From Clostridiales bacterium (GTDB taxonomy: Bacteria > Bacillota > Clostridia > Christensenellales > CAG-138): DNA of 64,000 bases. Below, one piece after another: positions 25,568-34,529 of the stretch (position 1 is the stretch's first letter; every line of letters starts with the position of its first letter). The notes beneath the pieces were generated by a model that did not search any database, had not been told where the DNA came from, and was given only the letters and a program-made list of their open reading frames with translations. The stretch spans positions 14,619 to 78,618 of the forward strand of contig CAKJYC010000021.1 of the NCBI GenBank assembly GCA_918244965.1, in the 5' to 3' direction. The translations under genes were made by a program, and so were the position numbers.

Positions 25568-27364
25568 ATGCGTTCATTAACCGCAAAAGAATTGCGTCAA
25601 CTGTATCTTGACTTCTTCCGGTCCAAGGGACACGCGGTGATTTCCTCTGCTTCCCTGATCCCCGAAAACGACCCGACCGTGCTCTTTACGACGGCGGGCA
25701 TGCATCCGCTTGTGCCGTATCTGATGGGCGAAAAGCACCCGGAGGGCAGAAGGCTTTGCGACGTGCAGAAATGCGTCCGCACCGGCGACATCGACGAGGT
25801 CGGCGACTCCTCGCACTGCACGTTCTTTGAAATGCTCGGAAACTGGTCGCTCGGCGACTACTTCAAGAAAGAGAGCATTGCGTTTTCGTGGGAATTTCTG
25901 ACCGATGAAAAATGGCTCGGCATTCCGAAGGACAAGCTGTATTTCACATGCTTCGAGGGCGACAAGGACGCACCGCGTGATACGGTCGCGCACGATCGCT
26001 GGGTCGAGATGGGCGTCGATCCCTCGCACATCGTCTATCTTCCGAAGAAGCACAACTGGTGGGGGCCAGCAGGCCAGACCGGCCCGTGCGGTCCGGACAC
26101 CGAGATCTTCTATGACACCGGAAGACCTGCATGCGGACCCGACTGCAAGGCCGGCTGCGATTGCGGCAAGTATCTGGAGATCTGGAACAACGTCTTTATG
26201 GAATACAACAAGGTCGCGGACGGCGTCTTTGAACCGCTTGAGCAGAAGAACGTCGATACCGGCATGGGTCTCGATCGCACGGTCGCTACACTGCAGGGCG
26301 TCGAGAGCGTATTCGACACCGACGCATTCTCCGGCATCATTGCACTCATTGCTGAGCTCTCGCACAAGGGCTATCGCGACGATCCAGAAACGACACGCGC
26401 GTTCCGCATCATTGCCGACCACACCCGCTGCATCGTGTTCATTCTCGGCGATCAGCGCGGCGTCACGCCGTCGAACGTCGACCAGGGCTATATCCTTCGC
26501 CGCCTCATCCGCCGCAGCATTCGTTTTGCGTCTCAGCTCAACATGCCGCGCTATGCGCTCTGCACGATCGCGGAAAAGGTGATCGACCAGTACGGCGAAG
26601 TGTATCCGGAACTGATCGAAAACCGCGAAAAGATCCTCTCTGAACTGCGCAAGGAGGAAAATCGTTTTGCAGACACCTTGAAGAAGGGCTTGAAGGAATT
26701 CCACAAGCTGATCGCAAACCTCAACGGCAAGGAGATCGACGGCGTATCCGCTTTCCATCTCTATGACACTTACGGCTTCCCGATCGAGCTCACCGTCGAG
26801 CTTGCAAAAGAGGAAGGCGTTACGGTCGACGAGAAGGGCTTTACGGCCGCATTCGAGGAGCATCAGAAGAAATCCCAGGCAGGTGCCGAACAGCGCTTTA
26901 AAGGCGGTTTGGCGGACAACAGCGAGGCGACGGCTGCGCTGCACTCCGCGACGCATCTCCTGCAGGCGGCGCTCCGCAAGGTCCTGAACGACGACACCGT
27001 TTCGCAGAAAGGCAGCAACATCACAGCCGAGCGTCTGCGCTTTGACTTCAGCTTCGGCCGTAAAGTCACGCCTGAGGAGCTCAAAGAAGTAGAGCGTCTT
27101 GTCAACGAAGCGATCGCCGCGAAGGTTCCGATCACCTGCGAGGAAATGACCGTCGAGGAAGCGAAAGCGCAGGGTGCGATCGGTCTGTTCGAGAGCAAAT
27201 ACGGCGAGAAGGTCAAGGTCTATACGATGGGACCGTTCAGTAAGGAGATCTGCGGCGGTCCTCATGCCAAGAACACCGGCGATCTCGGTCGTTTTGAGAT
27301 CAAGAAGGAAGAAGCCTCCTCAAGCGGCGTGCGCCGGATCAAGGCTGTACTGATCCATGACTGA
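25568..27364 (+). CDS. alaS: alanine--tRNA ligase, short form (catalytic, tRNA-recognition and editing core; no C-Ala domain)
   Basis: AlaRS N-terminus (FFRSKGH..., TTAGMHP, FFEMLGNWSLGDYFK). Editing-site motifs HSATHLL and CGGPH. The protein ends shortly after GVRRIKAV and is 598 aa. Confidence 0.8.
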   Translation: MRSLTAKELRQLYLDFFRSKGHAVISSASLIPENDPTVLFTTAGMHPLVPYLMGEKHPEGRRLCDVQKCVRTGDIDEVGDSSHCTFFEMLGNWSLGDYFKKESIAFSWEFLTDEKWLGIPKDKLYFTCFEGDKDAPRDTVAHDRWVEMGVDPSHIVYLPKKHNWWGPAGQTGPCGPDTEIFYDTGRPACGPDCKAGCDCGKYLEIWNNVFMEYNKVADGVFEPLEQKNVDTGMGLDRTVATLQGVESVFDTDAFSGIIALIAELSHKGYRDDPETTRAFRIIADHTRCIVFILGDQRGVTPSNVDQGYILRRLIRRSIRFASQLNMPRYALCTIAEKVIDQYGEVYPELIENREKILSELRKEENRFADTLKKGLKEFHKLIANLNGKEIDGVSAFHLYDTYGFPIELTVELAKEEGVTVDEKGFTAAFEEHQKKSQAGAEQRFKGGLADNSEATAALHSATHLLQAALRKVLNDDTVSQKGSNITAERLRFDFSFGRKVTPEELKEVERLVNEAIAAKVPITCEEMTVEEAKAQGAIGLFESKYGEKVKVYTMGPFSKEICGGPHAKNTGDLGRFEIKKEEASSSGVRRIKAVLIHD

Positions 27365-28094
27365 TTGGCTGAAATACGAATGGGAATGGGACGAGCGGGA
27401 AGCGGTTTTTCAGGTTGATCTGCAATACTGGGAGCTGCTTCCCACTTTGGCATACTCGCATCTCGTGTTCATCAGCGTCGCGCCGCACGATCCGGACGCC
27501 GAAGCATTCTCACGTTCCGAGGAACGCCGCGCAGCAGCCCTGCAGCACGTTCTTGCCGAGCAGTTGGAGGATTCCGCGATCTTTGTCGGAGGGATCGGTC
27601 TCAAGAATCTGATCCAGTTTTACTTCTATACCGCGGACGAATCGCTGATTCATCGCGTGTCGGGGATCTGCCGCACCGAACCGAAGCTGCGCGTTTCCTG
27701 CGGGCACGTGTCCGAACCGCACTACGCGACCTATTACTGTCTGCTGTTTCCTGACGACGCCAAGCTGCAGTCGGTCGAAAATGCCGCGTATATCAAGTCG
27801 GTCCAGCACCGCGACGGTGATTTGAGCCTTGTGCGGCGTGTCTGTCTGTTTATGGCATTTGCCTCCGAGGAATCGTGTGACGCATTTATTTCGGAGATCC
27901 CGCATCTCGGCTTTAAAGTCGGCATGCGCGAAAGTATCGGCAACAACACGCATCCGTACCGGATTGAATTGATCGGATATTCCACTCTGAAGCTCTGCGA
28001 CCTGAACCGGTTCACAGCGCGCGCGATTCGCGGAGCACTGCCCTACGGCGGCGTGCTCGATCATCTGCAGGCGGATTTCATCAACAGGCATTAA
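27357..28094 (+). CDS. DUF695-like / RraB-like two-domain protein
   Basis: ATG overlaps the alaS stop (ATGACTGA). The N-terminal half resembles DUF695 and the C-terminal half resembles the RraB-type domain. Assignment is from memory of these families. Confidence 0.5.
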   Translation: MTDWLKYEWEWDEREAVFQVDLQYWELLPTLAYSHLVFISVAPHDPDAEAFSRSEERRAAALQHVLAEQLEDSAIFVGGIGLKNLIQFYFYTADESLIHRVSGICRTEPKLRVSCGHVSEPHYATYYCLLFPDDAKLQSVENAAYIKSVQHRDGDLSLVRRVCLFMAFASEESCDAFISEIPHLGFKVGMRESIGNNTHPYRIELIGYSTLKLCDLNRFTARAIRGALPYGGVLDHLQADFINRH

Positions 28095-28121
28095 AAAAGC
28101 AGGCGTCTCGCCTGCTCTTTT
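28093..28121. terminator. bidirectional terminator between convergent genes
   Basis: AAAAAAGCAGGCG-TCT-CGCCTGCTCTTTTG. Confidence 0.75.
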
Positions 28122-28137
28122 GCATATATTGGTTTTA

Positions 28138-28938
28138 TTATCCGAGCGGGTCGACATAATACTGCAGATCCCAGCTGTCGCTGGACCACATCAGAGGTCC
28201 GAGCCGGACGCCGTCGACCAAGTATCTGCGCGATTCCATGACGACCGGTTCACCATCGATCTCGCCGATGTACAGCGCCAGGTGGCTTCCCTTTCCGGTG
28301 GACACATTGACATAGATGAGTATGGAACCGGGCTTCCAGTCCTGCCAGGACATATCGTCCGTTTTGTGCAGCTGTTCCGGATGGTAGGTGCGATACCATG
28401 TCAGCGTGCCGTCGCTGCTCTTCTGCGGATAGACGTCCTTGGAAATGCCCGCGTCGGCAAATGCTGCCTTCACAAACGCACTGCAGTCCATCGTACTGTA
28501 TGACGTGCCCATATACTTTGCTGCCGCATATATGACCTTTTTCGCATCTTTAGACGGCACAGTTTGGATATAGCGCGCGATCCATTCGGTGAATTCTTCG
28601 ATGTACAGGGATTGTTTCATCAGATCCGCATACAATGCCTGATCCAGCTTTACGGGTCCCTGCAGATCGTCTATGAGACCTGCGATATAGCGAAGAACGA
28701 TCGCGGCGTCTGCGGAATCCATTGTGAAATCACGGTTGACGTCGCAGAACATACGATTGTCCCAGTCGATGCGGTAATCGAGTCCGACCAGGACGCGCAG
28801 CATCAGAGATATATCGGATACCGATACCTTTCCGTCGCCGTTGGCGTCTCCGGGGATCTCATCCTCTGCAACCGAAAAGACGGCATGCGGCAGCAGCATG
28901 CACAGGCAAAGCACAACAGCAAGAATGCGTCTTTTCAT
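28138..28938 (-). CDS. NlpC/P60-family cell-wall hydrolase with N-terminal dockerin
   Basis: Signal peptide. Dockerin loops DANGDGKVSVSDI and DVNRDFTMDSADA. C-terminal NlpC/P60 Cys/His contexts (MDCSAFVKAAF; GSHLALYIGE). GGAGG SD before ATG 28938. Confidence 0.75.
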   Translation of the reverse strand: MKRRILAVVLCLCMLLPHAVFSVAEDEIPGDANGDGKVSVSDISLMLRVLVGLDYRIDWDNRMFCDVNRDFTMDSADAAIVLRYIAGLIDDLQGPVKLDQALYADLMKQSLYIEEFTEWIARYIQTVPSKDAKKVIYAAAKYMGTSYSTMDCSAFVKAAFADAGISKDVYPQKSSDGTLTWYRTYHPEQLHKTDDMSWQDWKPGSILIYVNVSTGKGSHLALYIGEIDGEPVVMESRRYLVDGVRLGPLMWSSDSWDLQYYVDPLG

Positions 28939-29009
28939 ACGTCCTCCGTTCAATCGATTATAACGCGCCTGAGGAGCTTTCGCAAGTACCTCGTTCAAAC
29001 AGCAGGAAT

Positions 29010-29921
29010 TTACAGATTGGAAGCGATCTTTGCCGCAAGCCGCACGTTGTTGTAAACCAGTTGGATGTTCGCATCAAGGCTCGATCCGCCGGTGATATCC
29101 TTGATCTTTGCAAGAAGGAACGGCGTCGTTTCCTTGCCCTTGATCCCCTGCTCCTTCGCCTGTTCGATCGCTTCGTCGATGGCCTTGTTGATAACGTTTG
29201 CATCCATAGAATACTGTTCCGGAATCGGATTGACAACAAGCATTCCGCCGGGATAGCCGAGCGTCTTTGACGCATTGATCGCGTCCGCGATCTCTTTCGG
29301 ATCGTCGGACCGCCACGGTACCGGAATACCGCTTTGACGTGTATAGAACGCCGGAAGCTCGTCCGTGCCGAAGCCGATGACCGGTACGCCCTTGGTCTCA
29401 AGGTATTCCATGGTCAGATTGAGATCGAGAATGCTCTTTGCGCCTGCGCATACCACGCAGACGGGCGTTTCTGCAAGCTCCTCAAGGTCCGCCGAAATGT
29501 CCATCGTCGTTTCCGCGCCGCGATGGACACCGCCGATACCGCCGGTTGCAAATACACGAATGCCGGCAGCCGCAGCCACGATCATAGTCGCTGCAACGGT
29601 CGTCGCGCCGTCCATCTTTTTAGCGATAAGCATCGGAAGATCCCTGCGGCTTGCTTTGGTGACGCGATGCCCTTCTCTGCCGAGGTAGTCGATCTGTTCG
29701 TCCGTGAGCCCCGCGCAGAGCTTTCCTCCGATGACCGCACAGGTAGCCGGAACTGCGCCGTTTTCACGGCAGATGCGCTGACAGTTCAGCGCAGTCTCGA
29801 CATTCTGCGGATACGGCATGCCGTGGGAAATGATGGTGCTTTCCATCGCGACGATCGGACGGTTGTTTGCAAGCGCTTCACGCACTTCGGGGGATAAGCA
29901 AATCAGGTTGTTTTGAATCAT
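29010..29921 (-). CDS. psuG: pseudouridine-5'-phosphate glycosidase
   Basis: ...VAMESTIISHGMPYPQN... and GGIGGVHRG motifs. AAGAGG SD before ATG 29921. Confidence 0.9.
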   Translation of the reverse strand: MIQNNLICLSPEVREALANNRPIVAMESTIISHGMPYPQNVETALNCQRICRENGAVPATCAVIGGKLCAGLTDEQIDYLGREGHRVTKASRRDLPMLIAKKMDGATTVAATMIVAAAAGIRVFATGGIGGVHRGAETTMDISADLEELAETPVCVVCAGAKSILDLNLTMEYLETKGVPVIGFGTDELPAFYTRQSGIPVPWRSDDPKEIADAINASKTLGYPGGMLVVNPIPEQYSMDANVINKAIDEAIEQAKEQGIKGKETTPFLLAKIKDITGGSSLDANIQLVYNNVRLAAKIASNL

Positions 29922-30045
29922 ACAGCACCTCTTTTTCGATGTGATCCGAAGTATTTCGTACACATTCATATTTTATCTCTTGTATTATAACACAGATATG
30001 TTAAAATAGAAACAGAATTTTCCATGAAGAAAGAAGGAAAAAGCT

Positions 30046-31521
30046 ATGAAACGTTCCTGCGGAATTCTGATGCACATCACATCGCTTCCGAGCCCGTACG
30101 GCGTCGGTACGCTCGGCAAAGCCGCGTTTGACTTTGTCGACTTTATGGTTGCCGCCGGTCAAACTTACTGGCAGATGCTTCCCGTGAATCCAACGGGTTA
30201 TGCGGACTCCCCATATCAGAGCAGCTCGACGTATGCCGGCAATCCGTATCTGATCGATCTTGATACGCTGATCGGCGAAGGTTTGCTCACAAAAAAAGAA
30301 CTCGATCTGGACTGGGGCTGTGATCCTACAAGAGTCGATTACGGCAAGCTGTGGGACAACCGCTTTACCGTTCTGCGCAAAGCGTTTGCCCGCTTCGATC
30401 GCAATGAGATGGATGCGTTTGTCAGAGAGAACGCGTGGTGGCTTGACAATTATGCGCTCTTCTGCGCAGTCAAGACCTACTTCAACAACGCTTCCTGGTA
30501 CACATGGCCTGATCCGGAGATACAGGACCGCACGCCGGAAGCAGTTGCAAAATACACCGCGATGCTGAAGGAAGAAATCGAATTCCAGCGCTTCATGCAG
30601 TACGAATTCGACAAGCAATGGAAAGCGCTTCGTACCTATGCAAACGGCAAGGGCATCAAGCTGATCGGCGATATTCCGATTTACGTCCCGCATGACAGCG
30701 CAGACGTCTGGGCCGATCCGGAGCTGTTCTTGATGGACGAACGTCACAACCCGTCCATGGTCGCCGGTGTTCCGCCCGATTATTTCTCCGAGCTTGGCCA
30801 GCTCTGGGGCAACCCGATCTATGATTGGAAAAAGCACGAAGCAGACGGATTCCAGTGGTGGCGCCGCCGCGTATCTGCGGTTGCAAGCCGCTTCGATGTG
30901 ATCCGCATTGACCATTTTCGTGGGCTTGAAAGCTACTGGGGCGTTCCGTTCGGCGCAACCGACGCACGTCCCGGCGCATGGTATCCGGGTCCCGGTATGA
31001 AGCTCGTCAACGCGATCAAGGAAGCTTGTCCCGGCCTGCCGGTCATTGCAGAGGATCTCGGCTATCTGACGCCTGAGGTCAAAAAGCTGCTGTCCGACTC
31101 CGGTTTCCCCGGCATGCGCGTTATGCAGTTCGGCTTTGAGCCGTGCGGGGATTCCCGTGAGCTGCCGCACAACCATCCGGTACACTGCATCGCCTATACC
31201 GGCACGCACGACAACACGCCGATCATGGGCTGGGTCGAGACCGCCGATCCGAAGCAGGTTGCTTTCGCCGTGGATTATCTCGGTCTGAACGAACGCGAGG
31301 GGATGCCGTTCGGATTTGCCCGCGGTGTACTGAATTCCGTTGCGGAGCTTGCCATTCTGCAGATGCAGGATTACCTCGGTCTCTGCGATAACTGCCGTAT
31401 GAACAATCCGAGCACGACCGGCTGGTGGCGCTGGCGTGCACAGAAAGCCGATTTCTCACCGGAGCTGGCAGCACGGATCCTGTATTACGCAAAGATGTCC
31501 GGCCGCACCGACAAGAAGTGA
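30046..31521 (+). CDS. malQ: 4-alpha-glucanotransferase (amylomaltase)
   Basis: GILMHITSLPSPYG N-terminus, DIPIYV, IRIDHFRG and GTHDN motifs. Confidence 0.92.
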   Translation: MKRSCGILMHITSLPSPYGVGTLGKAAFDFVDFMVAAGQTYWQMLPVNPTGYADSPYQSSSTYAGNPYLIDLDTLIGEGLLTKKELDLDWGCDPTRVDYGKLWDNRFTVLRKAFARFDRNEMDAFVRENAWWLDNYALFCAVKTYFNNASWYTWPDPEIQDRTPEAVAKYTAMLKEEIEFQRFMQYEFDKQWKALRTYANGKGIKLIGDIPIYVPHDSADVWADPELFLMDERHNPSMVAGVPPDYFSELGQLWGNPIYDWKKHEADGFQWWRRRVSAVASRFDVIRIDHFRGLESYWGVPFGATDARPGAWYPGPGMKLVNAIKEACPGLPVIAEDLGYLTPEVKKLLSDSGFPGMRVMQFGFEPCGDSRELPHNHPVHCIAYTGTHDNTPIMGWVETADPKQVAFAVDYLGLNEREGMPFGFARGVLNSVAELAILQMQDYLGLCDNCRMNNPSTTGWWRWRAQKADFSPELAARILYYAKMSGRTDKK

Positions 31522-31537
31522 TATCCATCTGATCACG

Positions 31538-31568
31538 AAAGGATGATCCAAACCACGGATCATCCTTT
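31538..31568. terminator. bidirectional terminator
   Basis: AAAGGATGATCC-N7-GGATCATCCTTT. Confidence 0.75.
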
Positions 31569-31569
31569 A

Positions 31570-31962
31570 TTATTGCTCCTTGCGGCGGCTGAGCGCGGCT
31601 GCTGCGGCCGAGCCGATCGCAAATGTCATCAGATAGTCCGCAAGCAGATTCCAAGAGAATCCGAATGAACCGAGATACAGGCTCATTACGGCAGTTGTGA
31701 TCGCCATCGAAGCCACGGCTGCGATTCCGCCGAAATACCACGGCGCATGTTTTCTTGAAAGTCCGATCGTAACGCCTGCAGCAATCGCCGCAGCGATCTT
31801 GATGATCGTATTGACGATGGAAACCGCCGATTCCGAAAGCCATCCCCAATACACCGAGAGCGCAAGCAGGATCACAAGAAGCAGGATCGTTCCGGCCCCC
31901 GCAAGAATCCCGCGCAGAAGAACGCCTCCTCTTCCCTGTGTCCGTCTTTTCCGTTTTCCCAT
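31570..31962 (-). CDS. small polytopic membrane protein (YrzE/TIGR04086-like)
   Basis: 130 aa with a basic N-terminus and 3-4 Ala/Gly-rich TM helices. AAGGAGG SD. Confidence 0.55.
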   Translation of the reverse strand: MGKRKRRTQGRGGVLLRGILAGAGTILLLVILLALSVYWGWLSESAVSIVNTIIKIAAAIAAGVTIGLSRKHAPWYFGGIAAVASMAITTAVMSLYLGSFGFSWNLLADYLMTFAIGSAAAAALSRRKEQ

Positions 31963-32023
31963 AGCGATCTCCTCCTTTGCCGTAATCCTATGCAGACCGG
32001 CATATTTGCATGACCGAAAAGGG

Positions 32024-32054
32024 AAAAAGAAAAGCCCGGTATTGACCGGGCTTT
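32024..32054 (-). terminator. intrinsic terminator after yajC
   Basis: Minus strand reads AAAGCCCGG-TCAAT-ACCGGGCTTT plus a T-run. Confidence 0.75.
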
Positions 32055-32072
32055 CGATTCGGGAAAGTGTTG

Positions 32073-32459
32073 TCAGTTTCTGACTTCTTCGTTCATGGTA
32101 TTCTCAACGCCGGTGTCTTCCACCTGCGAGATCGCACCGCGTGCAAAGACCAGTTTGACCTTGTCGGGACCGACGGACAGAATAATCACGTCGTCTTTAA
32201 TCGAAGAGATCGTTCCGTAGATGCCGCCGATGGTGCGTACACGGTCACCCTGTTTCAGGGAATTCAGCATTTCCTTGACCTTCTTATCGCGCTTGCGCTG
32301 GGGAATAAACATCACCAGAATCAAAGCAACGATCATCACGAGCGGAAGCACCATCATCAAAATATTGCTGCTGTCGCAGCCGGCCTGTCCGGAACCGGAC
32401 GCGTTGCCGAGGCAGCTCATATCAGCGTTCAGAACCTTCGATAATGCATTTAATAACAT
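32073..32459 (-). CDS. yajC: preprotein translocase subunit YajC
   Basis: TM helix followed by FIPQRKRDKK...GD.V.T.GG..G.I motif. Confidence 0.85.
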   Translation of the reverse strand: MLLNALSKVLNADMSCLGNASGSGQAGCDSSNILMMVLPLVMIVALILVMFIPQRKRDKKVKEMLNSLKQGDRVRTIGGIYGTISSIKDDVIILSVGPDKVKLVFARGAISQVEDTGVENTMNEEVRN

Positions 32460-32488
32460 AATCCTATTTCCTTTCCTGTATCTTTCGA

Positions 32489-32517
32489 TATTATACGAAA
32501 AATCGTCGGTTTCGTCA
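32489..32517 (-). promoter_or_regulatory. sigma-A type promoter for yajC (TTGACG-N17-TATAAT)
   Basis: Read on the minus strand. Confidence 0.6.
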
Positions 32518-32633
32518 ATAGCCGATTGTGAATTCTTTGAAATATGCGAAAAGAGAGGAACGCTTCCTTTCGTCTATGTGTCAAAAACCGTTTAATGCAC
32601 TTGGCAGGCGGATCGTTCGAGGCGAGCCCATAG

Positions 32634-32660
32634 ACAGAAAAGGCGCTTATGACGCCTTTC
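32634..32660 (-). terminator. hairpin terminator closing the iscR-nifS-nifU transcription unit
   Basis: Minus strand reads GAAAGGCG-TCATAA-CGCCTTTTCT. Confidence 0.5.
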
Positions 32661-32747
32661 CTTCCAACAAGTGTTTTTGATAAAACCTCGCCGCTAACGG
32701 TCTGCTCCCTTTTGCGACAGCCTGACGGGAGAAACTCCTCCTCCCGA

Positions 32748-32897
32748 TCACAGATGCATCATTTTCTGCGTTTTCTGTATTACCTTCTTTCCGTCGCGTT
32801 TCATTCGACGCGGGATGTCCGGATACAGCGTACACATGGCCGTTGCGGCCGCCGCAGCGCCAACCGCCATGCCGATCCCAAGCATTGCCATTCGCAT
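32748..32897 (-). CDS. unannotated 49-aa membrane peptide (not in the ORF track, under 60 aa)
   Basis: MRMAMLGIGMAVGAAAAATAMCTLYPDIPRRMKRDGKKVIQKTQKMMHL. GAGGTG SD 5 nt upstream. GC-rich third positions like neighbouring genes. Lies 50 nt downstream of nifU. Confidence 0.45.
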   Translation of the reverse strand: MRMAMLGIGMAVGAAAAATAMCTLYPDIPRRMKRDGKKVIQKTQKMMHL

Positions 32898-32946
32898 ACG
32901 ATCACCTCTTTCTTTTTTGAGGTTAGTATGCGAAGCAATCGCTCAA

Positions 32947-33354
32947 TTATTCGGCCTTCGGCGCTTCCTCATTTTGTTTGTTTTCTTTTTTCGAACGATA
33001 ATCCGCGATCGCCGCCTGTACTGCCTCCTGCGCCAGCACGGAGCAATGGATCTTCACGGGAGGAAGGCCTTCCAGCGCCTCAACAACTGCCTCATTGGTC
33101 AGCTTTTCGACTTCGGATAGCGGCTTGCCCTTGATGAGCTCGGTCGCCATAGAGCTTGTCGCGATCGCCGCGCCGCAGCCGAATGTCTTGAACTTGACGT
33201 CCTCGACAACTTCATCGTCGTTGATCTTCAAAAACATCTGCATGATATCACCGCACTTGGCATTTCCGACAGTTCCGACGCCCGATGCGTCCGGGATCTC
33301 ACCGACATTGCGCGGATGCTGAAAATGATCCAAAACCTTTTCCGAATACTGCAT
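32947..33354 (-). CDS. nifU: Fe-S cluster assembly scaffold NifU/IscU
   Basis: ...HPRNVG...GNAKCGD...FKTFGCGAAIA... (three conserved Cys). Confidence 0.92.
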   Translation of the reverse strand: MQYSEKVLDHFQHPRNVGEIPDASGVGTVGNAKCGDIMQMFLKINDDEVVEDVKFKTFGCGAAIATSSMATELIKGKPLSEVEKLTNEAVVEALEGLPPVKIHCSVLAQEAVQAAIADYRSKKENKQNEEAPKAE

Positions 33355-34529
33355 TATTCAATTCCTCCTTTGGGATAAATCGGGGACATATCTCTGAGCC
33401 GCTGAACGATCGGCGGCAGAGTCTCCAACACATAGTCGATCTCTTCTTCCGTTGTAAACTCGGAAAGCGTCATGCGCAGCGATCCGTTGGCTTCCTCATG
33501 CGAAATGCCCATGGCAAGCAGCACGTGTGACGGATCCAGAGAGCCGGACGTACAGGCGGAGCCGGACGACGCCGCAATGCCCTTGAGATCAAGCATCAGC
33601 AGAATGCTTTCGCTTTCGATGTATCGAATGCCGAAATTAACATTGTTCGTAAGTCTTTTTTCACGGTCGCCGTTCAGATGCACGGCCTTGATCCGTTCCT
33701 CGACGCCCGCGATCAGCTTGTCGCGCAGCGCCGTCATCTTCCGCATGTTTACATCGAGGTTTGCCGTCTGGATCTCCAGCGCTTTTGCAAGTCCGACGAT
33801 GCCGGGCACGTTCTCGGTGCCTGCGCGCTTTTTGTTCTCCTGACCGCCGCCGGTAATCATGGCCGGAACACGGACGCCCTTGCGGATATAGACCGCGCCG
33901 ACGCCCTTCGGGCCGTGAAACTTGTGCGCCGTCAGCGTCAGCAGGTCGATGTTCATATCCTGCACGTCGACCGGAATATGGCCGACCGCCTGCACCGCGT
34001 CGGTATGGAACAGTACGCCCGCCTCGCGGCAGATCGCGCCGATCTCCTTGACCGGTTCGATCGTTCCGACCTCATTGTTCGCCATCATAACGGACACGAG
34101 AATCGTGTCGGGACGGATCGCCGCTTTGACCGCTTCGGGATCGACAAGGCCGTTTGCGTCGACGTCCAGATACGTTACGGTCGCAAGGTCCTTGTCCTCC
34201 AGTTCATTGAGCGTATGTAGGATCGCGTGGTGCTCGATCTTCGATGTGATGATGTGATTGCCCTTCTTGCGGTAAGCCTGCGCAACGCCGCGCAGGATCA
34301 TATTATCGCCCTCGCTGCCGCCGCCGGTAAAATAGATCTCCGACGGATTTGCAGCGTTCAGGCACTTTGCGACGGTGCGCCGCGCTTCGTCCAGTCCCTT
34401 ATGCGCATCGCGCGCAAAGCCGTGAAAGCTCGACGGATTGCCGTAAAACTCCGTATAATACGGAATCATCGCGTCGATAACCTCCGGCAGCACCTTGGTG
34501 GTGGCTGCATTGTCAAGATAAACGTGCAT
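33354..34529 (-). CDS. nifS: cysteine desulfurase NifS
   Basis: YLDNAATT N-terminus, HKFHGPKG (PLP Lys) and SSGSACTS (active Cys). AAGAGGA SD before ATG 34529. Confidence 0.92.
   Translation of the reverse strand: MHVYLDNAATTKVLPEVIDAMIPYYTEFYGNPSSFHGFARDAHKGLDEARRTVAKCLNAANPSEIYFTGGGSEGDNMILRGVAQAYRKKGNHIITSKIEHHAILHTLNELEDKDLATVTYLDVDANGLVDPEAVKAAIRPDTILVSVMMANNEVGTIEPVKEIGAICREAGVLFHTDAVQAVGHIPVDVQDMNIDLLTLTAHKFHGPKGVGAVYIRKGVRVPAMITGGGQENKKRAGTENVPGIVGLAKALEIQTANLDVNMRKMTALRDKLIAGVEERIKAVHLNGDREKRLTNNVNFGIRYIESESILLMLDLKGIAASSGSACTSGSLDPSHVLLAMGISHEEANGSLRMTLSEFTTEEEIDYVLETLPPIVQRLRDMSPIYPKGGIE

Noticed and set aside
25577-27265. 562-aa ORF antisense to the AlaRS-like gene
   Set aside because: It is an Arg/Ala/Leu/Val-rich translation with no recognisable motifs, while the sense strand has unambiguous AlaRS motifs. 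This is a typical stop-poor shadow frame in GC-rich coding DNA.
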